From Balanoglossus misakiensis (lineage: Eukaryota > Animalia > Hemichordata), in the NCBI GenBank assembly GCA_040954595.2, contig CM082576.2:13209129-13273128 (forward strand): DNA of 64,000 nucleotides, written 5' to 3'. The notes beneath the pieces are model-generated. The model was not told where the DNA came from. It saw nothing but the letters and a program-made list of their open reading frames with translations, and searched no databases. Below, piece by piece: positions 26,901 through 39,705 of the stretch (position 1 is its first letter; each line of letters starts with the position of its first letter). A program made the position numbers and the translations under genes.

Positions 26901-29122
26901 GTGCTTATGCCATCAAGAGAATCAGCCAAGACAGATGTGTTGTCTGCTATTTTGGTGATGGCGCTGCCAGCGAAGGCGATGCTCATGCTGCTTTGAACTT
27001 CTCAGCTACTCTGGATGCTCCAATCATATTCTTCTGGTAAGTAACCTTCACCCCATAGATGTGGAGTCTGCACAGTATTCTGTATTATGTAAACAGAGCT
27101 GGTGAGCTTTGAAATGTGAATGCTTGATTTGACAAGCGCCCTCAGTGGTGATCACTTGCATGACGCAGTGAAAACCGTCCTAACTCTTTTGATACAAGTT
27201 GACCTTGATTTCTTCGAACATGCACCTATTCTGCTAGAATTTTTAACATTTTTGGATCTCGGACGGATAGATGTTCACAATGACTTGTGTCAAGAAGGTG
27301 TTCTGGGCAGACAGGTTTTTGATGTAATTCTGGTTTGATTTGCGCAGGCTTCATGACATATTTTATTATTTATCTTCAGTCGCAACAATGGCTATGCAAT
27401 CTCAACCCCTACGTATGAACAGTACAGAGGTGACGGTATCGGTAAGTACTTCAGTTTCAAACTGTACACCATCAAAGACAATGGGCTGTTTGCATGACCC
27501 CATTACATGACCTTGCAAGCCAACTTGAAAGGCGCAAAGTTGGCAGGCAGGAGTATCCAATATAAAAACATACCGGCATTAGTATAAGGACCACATAAAA
27601 TGTTTGGCCGTTAAAAAATCATGAGATGTTGGTGTGGGTGTGGAATTTACTATGGCGCAACCTATCAATTTTTTGTGAAATACTGTTTTAATGTTTTGAG
27701 AATATGTTCTTAATATGTTCATGAGCATGTACCTGAATTTGTGTGTTTCATAGCAGTACCATGATGTACAGTGCTTCCTCAATCAGAGACTCAACCATAT
27801 CTATCTATTTGCTCTTTGTACAGCTTCCCGGGGCCATGGTTACGGCATGTGCACCATCAGAGTGGACGGAAATGACATCTTTGCCGTCTTCAACGCTATG
27901 AAAGCAGCAAGAAGTGTAGCCGTCAAGGAGAGCAGGCCTGTTCTGGTGGAAGCTATGACATACAGGTGAATGCTGTTGGTTTTGGAAAGAGACTCTACCA
28001 CGTTATACAGAATTTGCTTGTTTTCAGTGTTAGTGCATTCTTAGTAACATAGTATTAGTAACACATCACTGACTTGTGTTTTTTTCTGTTGTGTGTAGAA
28101 TCGGCCATCACAGCACCAGTGACGACTCCTCAGTGTACAGATCGGTGGACGAAGTCAGCTACTGGGACAAGCAAGACCATCCTATCAGCCGACTGCGGAA
28201 GTACATGGTGAATCAGGACTGGTGGGATCAAGACGACGAGAAGGCATGGATGAAAGAGACCAGGATGAATGTAAGACCCTCGTCGTCATTGGTTCACTTG
28301 CGTGGTGTCGCTTTGAAAGCATTGTTCTCATTGGCTGGTGCTTTGCTCGGTCTTCCGCTGTCGAATGTTTAGCCACTGATCCACCACAGAATCACATCTG
28401 TTTGTTTTGGTCCATCATAAAAGGATTTACATTTGTTCAAGTCACTTCCGAGTAGATAAATTGTCATTAGCCCGTGTAGATGTTGGATTTGTCAAAAAGT
28501 GTCATTGGTAATACCTCATTCAAATAATCTGGAGTATGAAAAAAAAGCAATGTTTTTGACATCACAAATATTGATTTCATTTAGTAACATCAATGGTGTA
28601 CACAATTTTTAATTCAGGAAATTCCATTGTTCAGGTCCAGTTTTACTTAGAAAAAGTTTGTCTACAGAGTATACTAGCTGGCTAGTTTCAGTATTGTGAA
28701 CCCCATCCCCTTCTTTGATATGTCCAAATATAGCCTAGTATCTAGCCGTAGTTTCGGAAGCAAAGCGGACAAAAAACGGCTAGATACTAGGCTAGTCCAA
28801 ATATTGCTTTTCCACTCCACTTCATTGTGTTGTGTCGTGTTGTGTTGTGTCGTTTTGTGTTTACTGAACTGATTTGAGATGAACTGTGTTCTGTGCGTTA
28901 ATTACCGTCCATCCTAACGTATTTCCTTATGACTTGATGTCACAGGTGATGCAGGCCTTCCAGAAAGCAGAGAAGACCCTGCGGCCAAACCCGAGGGAAC
29001 TTTTCAACGACGTCTACGACGAACTTCCCCAGAATCTCCAAAGACAGCTGGATCTTTTGAAGGAACACGTTGACCAGCACAAGGATCAGTACCCTGTCGA
29101 CAACTACAAGAAATTTGAATAA
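23940..29122 (+). CDS. BCKDHA: Branched-chain alpha-keto acid dehydrogenase E1 alpha subunit, mitochondrial; 9 exons, ~442 aa
   Basis: Exons 23940-24041, 24639-24896, 26083-26191, 26449-26610, 26892-27036, 27380-27441, 27824-27965, 28099-28270, 28946-29122. Motifs: [33 protein letters not shown], ThDP-binding [23 protein letters not shown], phosphorylation loop [17 protein letters not shown]. The Arg-rich N-terminus resembles a transit peptide. Confidence 0.98.
25281..25340. mobile_element. Short TTAA-flanked CCC...GGG element (piggyBac-like MITE remnant)
   Basis: TTAA|CCCTTT...AAAGGG|TTAA in BCKDHA intron 2. Confidence 0.45.
28731..28794. mobile_element. 64-bp TAG...CTA hairpin mini-transposon with 9-bp TSD in BCKDHA intron 8
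   Basis: GTCCAAATA|TAGCCTAGTATCTAGCCGT...ACGGCTAGATACTAGGCTA|GTCCAAATA. Confidence 0.85.
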
Positions 29123-32100
29123 GTCAGCCCTGATTGAAACATTGTATATTTATATTTTTGCCTTTACTACCGAGTTGTCAATGCAAGTGTGTGAACTTGT
29201 ATACCCAGTATTATTTCAGCGTTTATCCTGCGATGTAGCAGTTGAGACAAAAAAAAAAATTCAACTGAAAGTTTGATCTGATAAAGAGTCTGTGTCTGGA
29301 AGTTTATCACAGACGTTGCCATGGTTTCTTAGCAGCCATGCCTTGTATATACTTGCCAAAAGATACTCTATTGCATGTTGTTGACCACTCCAAAAGTTGG
29401 AATCTTCAAAACATACATCATTGTCCAAAGGCCTTGTAGTGTATCTTAACCTAGGTGTAACATAGACATGTGTGGCTACCATAAAAGGGCAGTGGCATGC
29501 ACACACCTGCATTTTGAAATAGGTTATAAAGACCAGTTACAATGTTTATAGTTAATATTGAGTCCCAGACTTGATGTGGAGAAACACTCACTCTGGTGGA
29601 GTTTTTTTTTTTTTGTCCACTTGTCCACCATGATTAAGAATAATCATTAAGAAAAAAGATTCCTTTGAAAGAATAATTATATTATGTGCTCACTTAACCC
29701 CCGGGTTTCTGTCAAACTGCATTTACAAAATCCCACCTTTCACACACGCAGTGACTCGACAAGTGTACAGTGTCTCCTGTACAAACTGAAAATTGAAGAG
29801 GCTATTGAACAAAGCTGTTCGGTTTACAGAGATGTTCAAATTTACTTTCCAACATTGTCTTATTGTGTAGTGTGGCAGAAATCATCCACTCTATGCAGGG
29901 CTTGGTTCTGGCCAGTTTCACTGTTTATGAACATGACAACAATGCACAAAAATTTGCTATCTTTTGAGGTTTCTCTTCTGTACAGATAGATACAAACACG
30001 TGTAAAGCTGTTGATATTTGACAAAAGCCAGTGTATAGTTTTTGACCTTCTTTATGATATTATAATGTGGATGGACAGAGACGTATTGCAAGGTATTTTG
30101 TGGTTTGCAGTCAATTTTCAAGTGTTGGTACCAGCCAGCTTTTATTTTGTGTTTTAGGTGTTGGGGAGTGCCGTGTACAATATAGCTGGACGTGGTATAG
30201 TGGTTATTACAAAAGTGTGAAAAAAACTATACAGAATGAAAAATACATTGTAAATCACCAGGGGTCAATTTTGTAGTGAGAATAATCTTTGAAAAGAGAC
30301 GGTTCAGAGCCTCTGTATAATAAATGGCTAAAATTTATACTCTGTAATAGAAAAAATTGCAAAACTTTGTTACCTCATCCCCACTGAGGTTCATCATGAC
30401 ATTATTCAGATCCAATTCCTCCTGTGTTGGGCATTCTGAAAAAAAAAATCATCACTCTAAAACTACGAAATTCTGTAATTAAAGCACCAGGTGAACTTTT
30501 GCATTTATGTATCCAAGTCGGTTTTATTTTGCGTTTTCAGTTATTGTCTATTGTACAGTATTTATGTGTGCTTTGTGGAGGTGCTGGTTTTGACCATGTA
30601 TGTAGTACTACATGTAGTAGGTACATGTGCTATCAGAAATTGCCCAGTTGATGCAATAGTGGTTTTTTTCTGGCACGGGATGTGACTATTGTCAAGGAAG
30701 TTGCATCTGGAAGTCTGGATGACAGTGGTGGAGTGACCGTGCCCAAACTGAGGTGTGAGAACAGTGCTGTGTCAGTAACATTTGTTCATGCTTTGAGAAT
30801 TATGCATAAAGTTTTTTAATTAAAAATTATTGACAACTTGCAATAATGTGTGGAATTTGCAGCTGAGGAAATGGTGAAAAATTTGTTTGACGTGGTTGAT
30901 TTTTTTTTTTTTTTTTTGCAATCTTAAGCTTTATCGGCATTCATGTGATACTTGCATATATCGTTTTGATGCAGATTTTCCTTTATTGTACATCCGAGTC
31001 AGGAAAAAGTGCCATTGAAACAGAACACAGTGATGTTATAAAACGTCTTGTGAATATTACCCCAACCCACCCTCAGTATTTTGAATTACCAGTATAATAT
31101 CCACAATGACATGATTACGTTGCAAAATAGAAGATGATGATTTGTTCTATATAATGACTAGATTCTTTCTTGGCAAATAAAATGATACCATGCAATACAC
31201 ACAATACAAGTTTCATTTTTTTCCCTGTGGGTTGTAACACACTCAGGGCCAATGATATTACAGTTGTTATTGCTGGAATGTTATTGTTAATGTTGATCAT
31301 ACATTGGGGAATTCGTAGCGACGGGGTAACGGGCTCTGACGAGAACATGAGGAGACACATCTCTAAGTCACACTCATTTATTACAGAGAATTATTATAGT
31401 ACTGTACTACAGTAAAGTAAGAGGATGGGAACGAGCTCAGTAGCCTGAGGTACTCCCATCTCCCGTGAGAACAAAGTTCTTATCATTACTTTTCTCAACG
31501 CATGGTTAAAGGTGTACAGTAACCTATGCAAATATAGCTACAGTTACCATGGCAAATTGAGATCCAGCCAATCACATATTTTCAGTGGGTGGCTCATGCA
31601 AAAAGAAGAGCGCCACCATTTGTTCTTTAGAGCACAGAAATGCTCCATAGCCATATATGGGCGTATGTAATTTGGAGGTGACCATAAACATGTAAAATAA
31701 ACATCGCCTCTATGCAAATAAGTTGACATTTCCGGTGAGATTTGATCTTTATACTGATCGTAACAGTATTTTTGGGGGGGGGGGGTAGGTCAGGGTAAGA
31801 AAATGGCCAAAATGGATTCATAGTGTACATCATTGAAGAAACCTCACGAAAAGGATACAATAAATCGCATAATAGTAAATAACTAATAGAACCTATAACT
31901 TCATATATAGTCACTAAATTAACGGTCAATGAGGCAATGTTCTGAGCGCGAAATATGCAGTGCACCCTTTCGTGGATTATCAAGTGGTTCAAATTAATGA
32001 ACTAATTAAAACTTAACCTTCGTAATAATAAACAGTCACTAATTACCGCTGTCAGTGAGACTACAATGTTCTGGGAATAAGAAATGTTCCATCATGGTTG

Positions 32101-33680
32101 GATTCAGATATGCAGTGCACCCCTTTGTGGAATTATAAAATGGTTCAACCCAATTCTAGTTTTATATTCTGATTGGCTGATTGTCTACTTCGCGCTCTTT
32201 TTACAGATCTTCGGCCACCGCATACAAAAGAGTCGTCTGTGTTGCGTCAGGGCGTGTAGTCTCACAAGAACTGGGTACAGGGGGTTTGTCTTCCGCGAAT
32301 TTGAGGTTAGTCCTGCGTCAAACCACGGTTGTGATATCTGGGGAGTTATGGTCGGCCGGCCGGCCTGCTGTGTTACAGAAAATTTTAATGTATGGCCTGG
32401 TGTGAGTGCTCTGCAGGACAAAAAGCGATTTTGTATCAGACGATGTGCTTGTGTGTCGCGTGGCTGAATGCAGCAGTTTGGTCGCGACGCATATTTACAC
32501 CAGGAGTCAAACTCTGCACGGAGCACAGGAAAAAATTCAGGGACTTCATAGAAAAAGTTGTCGGTCAGCCTTTTTTTCTTCTGCCTTTCTCATACCCTTA
32601 CAATTTTAACCTCTTTTGGTGAACTCTTCCTACCGCCTCCGACTGACCTCCTACCTGGCCTTACTAGTAAAGTAAGGTAGGTCAGGCAGAAGGAAGGGTT
32701 CACCAAAAGAGTGCGCATTTTATCATGCATATAATTACTGTGCCATTGTTTACAAGGAAGGGTTCACTAAAAAAGGACGCATTTTATCATGCATATAATT
32801 ACTGTGCCATTGTTTATACTGTGCACGAGCAGAGAAGCCTTGGTGTTCTGGTTATCGTATTGGTAAGAGAAAGACAAGAGTTGACAGACAACAAACTTGT
32901 CAGTTTCTATCATTTAATTATAACTAAACTTCCCTGAATTTCTCCCTGTGCACAGAGGGCGTATGAGACGGGTTGCTAGTCGTTTGACAGTAACCTTTTC
33001 AGCCAAGGTAATTTTGGCCCCCAGCTGTTTGGTCTGTAACACTTAAGAGTATTTAATTAATGCATCTATCAAGGTTCCCTAGGGGGAGTGCAAGCCTAAC
33101 AAAGGAATGTGACATTTTTGTTTTTAGTCCTCTCAAATTCCCCACCCTAAGATTAGAAGGGAGGTTTGGCATGAAAACAACATTTATGTGTTCTTCAGAC
33201 ATTTTATATTAATTAAAGGTATATTGTGTAGTGTGGAAGGATTAAATGTACAAATTCTACAGTAAAATGATGATGTGGTAAGCAAAATTGAATAAAAGGT
33301 AAATCTGCAAATGTTTTGTTTTGCAACATTGTCAAATTCTCCAGTGTCGGGCGGAGTGGCGATCAAATTTCCGAGTGTGGGGACACTACGTGTATAGTGT
33401 TTGGTATAAAATTCGACCCATGTTGCCCCGCACTCTACCAGGGGAAATCATTGATACGTGTATAGACTTATGGCATAAACCCTCGCTTGAGGTTCTATGA
33501 TAATGGTAATGGATGAGGAGGCTCACTGTATCTGTATGTCATCACGACTTTAATAATACATTTACTCCCTTTGCAGTAGTCGAAGAATAACATCTTGCGA
33601 TTTGCCAAGGATCAAAGACAACGGCACGACGTACCAAAAGAAAGTTTTCAAGATATCTACTTCATAGACACTTACTACAA

Positions 33681-35174
33681 ATGACTAGACGGCGAAGATT
33701 AATGAGGGTGGAAAGTAAAAGTCGTACTGATAAACAGCCACACGAATGCAGAATATGTGGAAAATGTTTCTCTCTGGGTTCAAGTTTAAAAGAGCATCTA
33801 CGAATCCATACCAAGGAAAAGCCATATGAATGCAAAACGTGTGGGAGATGTTTCTCCCGGAGTTCAAGTTTAAAAAACCACCAACGGCTCCATACCAATG
33901 AAAGACCATATAAATGCGAGACGTGTGGGAGATGTTTCTCCCAGAGTTCAAGTTTAAGTGTCCATCAACGGATCCATACCAAGGAAAAGCCATATGAATG
34001 CGAGACGTGTGGTAAATGTTTCGCCAGGAAAGGCTCCCTAACGGAACACTCGAGGGTTCATACAAAGGAAAAGCCATATGAATGCAAATCATGTGGGAGA
34101 TGTTTCTCCTATGGTTCAAGTTTAAGAGCTCATCAACGGCTCCATACCGGCGAACAGCCATACGAATGCAGATTTTGTGGTAAATGTTTCCCCCGGAACG
34201 ACTCCTTAACACTGCACTTGATACATCATACCCATGAAAAACCATATGAATGCGAAACATGTGGTAAACGTTTCTCCCATGGATCAAGTTTTAAAGTTCA
34301 TCAACGAATCCATACCAAGGAAAAGCCATACGAATGCAGAGTTTGTGGTAAACGTTTCCCCCGAAAATACTCCTTAACACTACACATGAGGCTTCATACC
34401 AATGAAAAACCACATGAATGCAAAACATGTGGTAAATGTTTCCCCCGGAAAGACTACTTAGCACGACACATGAGACTTCATACCAATGAAAAACCATATG
34501 AATGCATAACATGTGGAAAATGTTTCACTCTGAGTGGGATTTTAAAAGCCCACCAAAAAATCCATACCAATGAAAAGCCACATGAAAAACCATATGAATG
34601 CAAAGTATGTGGAAAGTGTTTCTACCAGAGTTCAAGTGTAAAACGCCATCAACGGATCCATACCAAGGAAAAGCCACATGAATGCAATACGTGTGGTAAA
34701 TGTTTCTCCCAGGGTTCACATTTAAAAGTCCATGAACAGCTCCATACCAATGAAAAACCATATGAATGCAAAATATGTGGAAAATGTTTCTCCCATGGTT
34801 CAAGTTTAAAAGTCCATCAACGAATGCATACCAATGAAAAACTGCATGAATGTGAGACGTGTGGTAAATGCTTCCCCCAGGGTTCACATTTAAAAGTCCA
34901 TCAACGAATCCATACCAAGGAAAGGCCATATGAATGCAAAACGTGTGGTAAATGTTTCTCCCAGGGTTCAAGTTTAAAACGCCATCAACGGCTCCATACC
35001 AATGAAAGGCCACATGAATGCGAGACGTGTGGGAAATGTTTTTCCCAAAAGGAAAACTTAAAAGTCCATCAACGCATCCACCTGAAAGAGAAGCCATATG
35101 AATGCGAGATGTGTGGTAAAGGTTTCTGCCAGAAGTCGCTATTAAAAAACCATCAACGAATCTATGCCAAATGA
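33681..35174 (+). CDS. C2H2 zinc-finger array protein, copy 1 (16 intact fingers plus 1 degenerate)
   Basis: 497-aa ORF of 28-aa CxxC-x12-HxxxH repeats with HT(K/N)EKPYEC linkers. A splice acceptor ttactccctttgcag lies at ~33576. Confidence 0.9.
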   Translation: MTRRRRLMRVESKSRTDKQPHECRICGKCFSLGSSLKEHLRIHTKEKPYECKTCGRCFSRSSSLKNHQRLHTNERPYKCETCGRCFSQSSSLSVHQRIHTKEKPYECETCGKCFARKGSLTEHSRVHTKEKPYECKSCGRCFSYGSSLRAHQRLHTGEQPYECRFCGKCFPRNDSLTLHLIHHTHEKPYECETCGKRFSHGSSFKVHQRIHTKEKPYECRVCGKRFPRKYSLTLHMRLHTNEKPHECKTCGKCFPRKDYLARHMRLHTNEKPYECITCGKCFTLSGILKAHQKIHTNEKPHEKPYECKVCGKCFYQSSSVKRHQRIHTKEKPHECNTCGKCFSQGSHLKVHEQLHTNEKPYECKICGKCFSHGSSLKVHQRMHTNEKLHECETCGKCFPQGSHLKVHQRIHTKERPYECKTCGKCFSQGSSLKRHQRLHTNERPHECETCGKCFSQKENLKVHQRIHLKEKPYECEMCGKGFCQKSLLKNHQRIYAK

Positions 35175-35231
35175 AAAAAAAAAGCCATATGGATGTAAAA
35201 TGTGAGGTAAATGTTCGCCCAGAATGGGAGC

Positions 35232-35460
35232 TTAGGCCAAAAAAAAAAATCTGTGCTGTTCTGATTACCCAACCTACCCAATCTGATTAAAATCAGATGT
35301 AGGGAAGGGCGACTTAGTTTTTTTTTATGCTGTGAGGCGACAGCATAAAAAAAAAAACAAGTCGCCGTTCCCTACATCTGATTTTAATCAGATTGCCGAC
35401 CTACCCTAATTTTAGCCCGCCGACCCTAAACTTTTTAGAGCTTCGTAAACCGGAAGTAAA
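35232..35460. mobile_element. Repeat-element end (Kolobok-like, tentative) interrupting the decayed last zinc finger; also at ~41817 and ~49443
   Basis: Finger-like sequence ...cccagaatgggagctta switches abruptly to ggccaaaaaaaaaaatctgtgctgttctgattacccaacctaccc..., and all three units have it. The right boundary is not defined. Confidence 0.4.
35279..35395. mobile_element. 117-bp palindromic insertion (CA...TG) unique to unit 1, with ~10-bp TSD
   Basis: ccaacctacc|CAATCTGATTAAAATCAGATGTAGGGAA...TTCCCTACATCTGATTTTAATCAGATTG|ccgacctacc; it is absent at the equivalent sites in units 2 and 3. Confidence 0.8.
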
Positions 35461-38400
35461 AATATACAAAATTTATGAAAATTGCAAGAATCATGCAAGA
35501 ACTATGACGTCATTCTTCTACAGGACGGTGGCCAAAGATATATAAAAAATTGCAAATAAAAAATATTTTTGTTTATTTTACAATTTTCTGTCAAATATGA
35601 CATTTGCATGGATATATAGAATTATCGTTTTCATTTGTTCAAGATGTTCGTTCTTTCGAAATGTGTTTTACTTTGGTGATTGAAGTAAGATATTGTACAA
35701 TTTTGGTGATATTTGCATGTATTCGTGTTTTTGCCACTTTTTAAAAATATTGATTTCTTTGAAAATGCTTATCGGATTGCTTTGAAATTTGGTAGGAATA
35801 TTTCTATGAGTAACCCAAGATTTTGTCTTATTGCGTTGGAATTTGCGATGCAGGTTCATAAAACATGTAATATGCAGCTTTTATGAAATTCTGATGTGTT
35901 CAATATTTAGCGAGTGTTCATTAAAAAATATAAACTGATATGTTTTTTCTCATTATTTTGTAGATTATTGTCAAATTACCGTTACGTGAATATTTCCTAG
36001 ATTAATGATGTTAAATATCTGTAAATTTTAAGAATCAGAATTCTACAACGAGACCAGAATGGGTTTTATCATAAAACGAAAGACTGATATTTTACTAAAC
36101 GCTAAATATTATTAGGGTGATTCGTTCCCACATCCGAAATGCATGATTAGCATTGAATTGAGTGTGAGGCCTCATACGACGCTACTTGTAACTATGGTAG
36201 TCCTAGTATATGGAAGGTGTATACCCCATCATCGGACTATTATCTGTCAGTTTACATTTGTTTTACGAACCATTACAGTGACTTGCATATTTGTTGGCAG
36301 GTTAAAATGGTTGCACACCAATTCTCCCTTGAATGGGGTTTTGCTACCTAGGTGAGTGTTAAAAACCTCACATGGTCGACACAATTTCAAGATGGCCGAT
36401 TTTTGCCATGTTTAAGAAATGGGAGTTCATAAGCTGAAGTGATATTCGGTCAATCTGATACTTTGTAACAGAAAAAATATCAGAAAGTTATTTATGTATC
36501 CAAGTTGGTTTTATTTTGCGTTTTCAGTTATTGTCTTTTGTACAGTATTTATGTGTGCTTTGTGGAGGTGCTGGTTTTGACCCTGTATGTAGTACTTGTA
36601 GGTACATGTGCTATCAGTAATTGCCCAGTTGATGTAATAGTGGTAAATCCTGGCACGGGATGTGACTATTGTCAAGGAAGTTGCATCTGGAAGTCTGGAT
36701 GACAGTGGTGGAGTGACCGTGCCCAAACTGAGTGTGAGAACAGTGCTGTGTCAGTAACATTTGTTCATGCTTTGAGAATTATGCATAAAGTTTTTTAATT
36801 AAAAATTATCGACAACTTGCAATAATGTGTGGAATTTGCAGCTGAGGAAATGGTGAAAAATTTGTTTGACGTGGTTGATTTTTTTTTTTTTTTGCAGTCT
36901 TAAGCTTCATCGGCATTCATGTGATACTTGCAGATATCAGTTTGATGCAGATATTCTTTATTGTACATCTGAGCCAGGAAAAAGTGCCAAGTATTGAAAC
37001 AGAACACAGTGATGTTACAAAACGTCTTGTGAATCTTACCCCAACCCACCCTCAGTATTTTGAATTACCAGTATAATATCATCAATGACATGAGTACGTT
37101 GCAAAATAGAAGGTAATAATTTGTTCTATATAATGACTAGATTCTTTCTTGGCAAATAAAATGATACCGTGCAATACACACAGAATACAAGTTTCATTTT
37201 TTTCCCTGTGGGTTGTAACACACTCAGGGCCAATGATATTACAGTTGTTATTGCTGGAATATTATTGATAATGTTGATCATACATTGGGGAATTTGTAGC
37301 AACAGGGTAACAGGCTCTAACGAGAACAGTATCTCTGAGTCACACTCATTTATTACAGAGAATTATTATAGTACTGTACTACAGTACAGTAAGAGAGGAT
37401 GGGAACGAGCTCAGTAGCCTGAGGTACTCCCATCTCCCGTGAGAACAAAGTTCTTATCATTACTTTTCTCAACGCATGGTTAAAGGTGTACAGTAACCTA
37501 TGCAAATATAGCTACAGTTACCATGGCAAATTGAGATCCAGCCAATCACATAATTTCAGTGGGTGGCTCATGCAAAAAGAAGAGCGCCACCATTTGTTCT
37601 TTAGAGCACAGAAATGCTCCATAGCCATATATGGGCGTATGTAAATTGGAGGTGACCATAAACATGTAAAATAAACATCGCCTCTATGCAAATAAGTTGA
37701 CATTTCCGGTGAGATTTGACCTTCATACTGATCGTAACAGTATTTTTTTTTTTTGGGGGGGGGGGGTAGGTCAGGGTAAGAAAATGGCCAAAATGGATTC
37801 ATAGTGTACATCATTGAAGAAACCTCACGAAAACGATACAATAAATCGCATAATAGTAAATAACTAATAAAACCTATAACTTCATATATAGTCACTAAAT
37901 TAACAGTCAATGAGGCAATGTTCTGAGCGCGAAATAGGCAGTGCACCCTTTCGTGGATTATCAAGTGGTTCAAATTAAATGAACTAATTAACTTAACCTT
38001 CGTAATAATAAACAGTCACTAATTACCGCTGTCAGTGAGACTACAATGTATGTTCCATCATGGTTGGGTTCAGATATGCAGTACACCCCTTCGCGGAATT
38101 ATCAAATGGTTTAACCCAATTCTAGTTTTATATTCTGATTGGCTGATTGTCTACTTCGCGCTCTTTTTACAGATCTTCGTCCACCGCATTTGGAAGAGAC
38201 GTCTGTGTTGCGTCGGGACGTGTAGTCTCACAGAACTGGGTACAGGGGATTTGTCGTCCGCGGATTTGAGGTTAGTGCTGCGTCAAACCACAGTTGCTTG
38301 ATATTTGGGGAGTTATGGTCGGTCGGCCGGCCTGCTGACCTCCTACCTTGCCTTTCTAGGGTTCACCAAAATAGGTCGCATTTTATCATGCAGATAATTA

Positions 38401-38599
38401 CTGTGCCATTGTTTATACTGTACACGAGCAGAGAAGCCTCAGAATCGTATCGGTAAGAGAAAGACAGAAGATAAATTATAACTAAATTTTCCCTGAATTT
38501 TTCCCGGTGCACAGAGGGCCTATGAGACAGGGTTGCGAGTCTAGGTAGTAAAGCTTTTCGGCCAAGGTCATTTTGGCCCCCCAGCTGTTTGGTCTGTAC

Positions 38600-39153
38600 T
38601 AGCTCTGCGTACAGGTCTGTGTGTTCCCGGCGTTACACGGCCTCCACCCACAGCCCTGCAAGGCGCCATAGAAAAAACTGGTGCTTCTGCGGTCCGGATC
38701 CGGACCGCAGCTTTTTCGGCCGAAATTCGTTTTTATCGAAGCAAAATCCTTTCCCTGTCTACTTCTGCCCCCTAACCGACTCAAAATATGATGCGATTAA
38801 CTTGTCCTAACGTCCGAACCGCTCGCTTTCTAAAACTTTTATGTTTACCCATGGAGATAAACTCGCTGTAAGCCTTATATTTAATATGGCGATCTCAACA
38901 TGTAAACACACAAAAATGAATCAAACGCGAGTGGTTCGGACGTTAGGACAAGTTAATCGCATCATATTTGGAGTCGGTTAGAGGGCAGAAGTAGACAGGG
39001 AAAGGATTTTGCTTCGATAAAAACGAATTTCGGCCGAAAAAGCTGCGGTCCGGATCCGGACCGCAGAAGCACCAGTTTTTTCTATGGCGCCTTGCAGGGC
39101 TGTGGGTGGAGGCCGTGTAACGCCGGGAACACACAGACCTGTACGCAGAGCTA
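38600..39153. mobile_element. 554-bp non-autonomous TIR element (TAG...CTA, ~220-bp TIRs, 9-bp TSD), unique to unit 2
   Basis: GGTCTGTAC|TAGCTCTGCGTACAGG...CCTGTACGCAGAGCTA|GGTCTGTAC. The empty site is seen in unit 3 (~46670). A solo end of the same family lies at ~62991-63048 and a degenerate hairpin at 55851-55947. Confidence 0.92.
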
Positions 39154-39705
39154 GGTCTGTACACTCTGAGTATTTTATTAATGCATCCATCAATTTTCCC
39201 TCGGGGGAGTGCAAGCCTAAGAAAGGAATGTGACATTTTTGTTTTTAGTCATCTCAAATTCCCCACCCTGAGATTAGAGAAAATGGAGCTTGGTTTTTTT
39301 CCAGACTTCACCATAATGCAGAGTCCATGCTCGTACATGTAGACATGATGAATCTGTAACCGTTTTGTTTTACAACATTGTCAAATTTTCCTGTGTCGGG
39401 TAGATTGGCGATCAAATTTCCGAGTGTCAGGACACTACATGTATAGTGTTTGATATAAAATTCGACCCATGTTGCCCCGCACTCCACCAGGGGAAATCAT
39501 TGATACGTGTATAGTTATGAGGGTCTATGATAATGGTAATGGATGAGGAGGCTCACTGTATATCTGTATGTCATCACGACTTTAATGATACATTTACTCC
39601 CTTTGCAGTAGTCGAAGAATAACAGCTTGCGATTTGCCAACAAGGATCAAAGACAATATCAAAAGAAAGTTTTCAAGATATCTAGTTCATAGACACTTGC
39701 TACAA

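Noticed and set aside
31170-31415. Hydrophobic small ORF (ANDITVVIAGMLLLMLIIHWG) recurring in all three units
   Set aside because: Recurrence is explained by the recent triplication; starts are non-ATG or variable, ends differ, and no family is recognisable.
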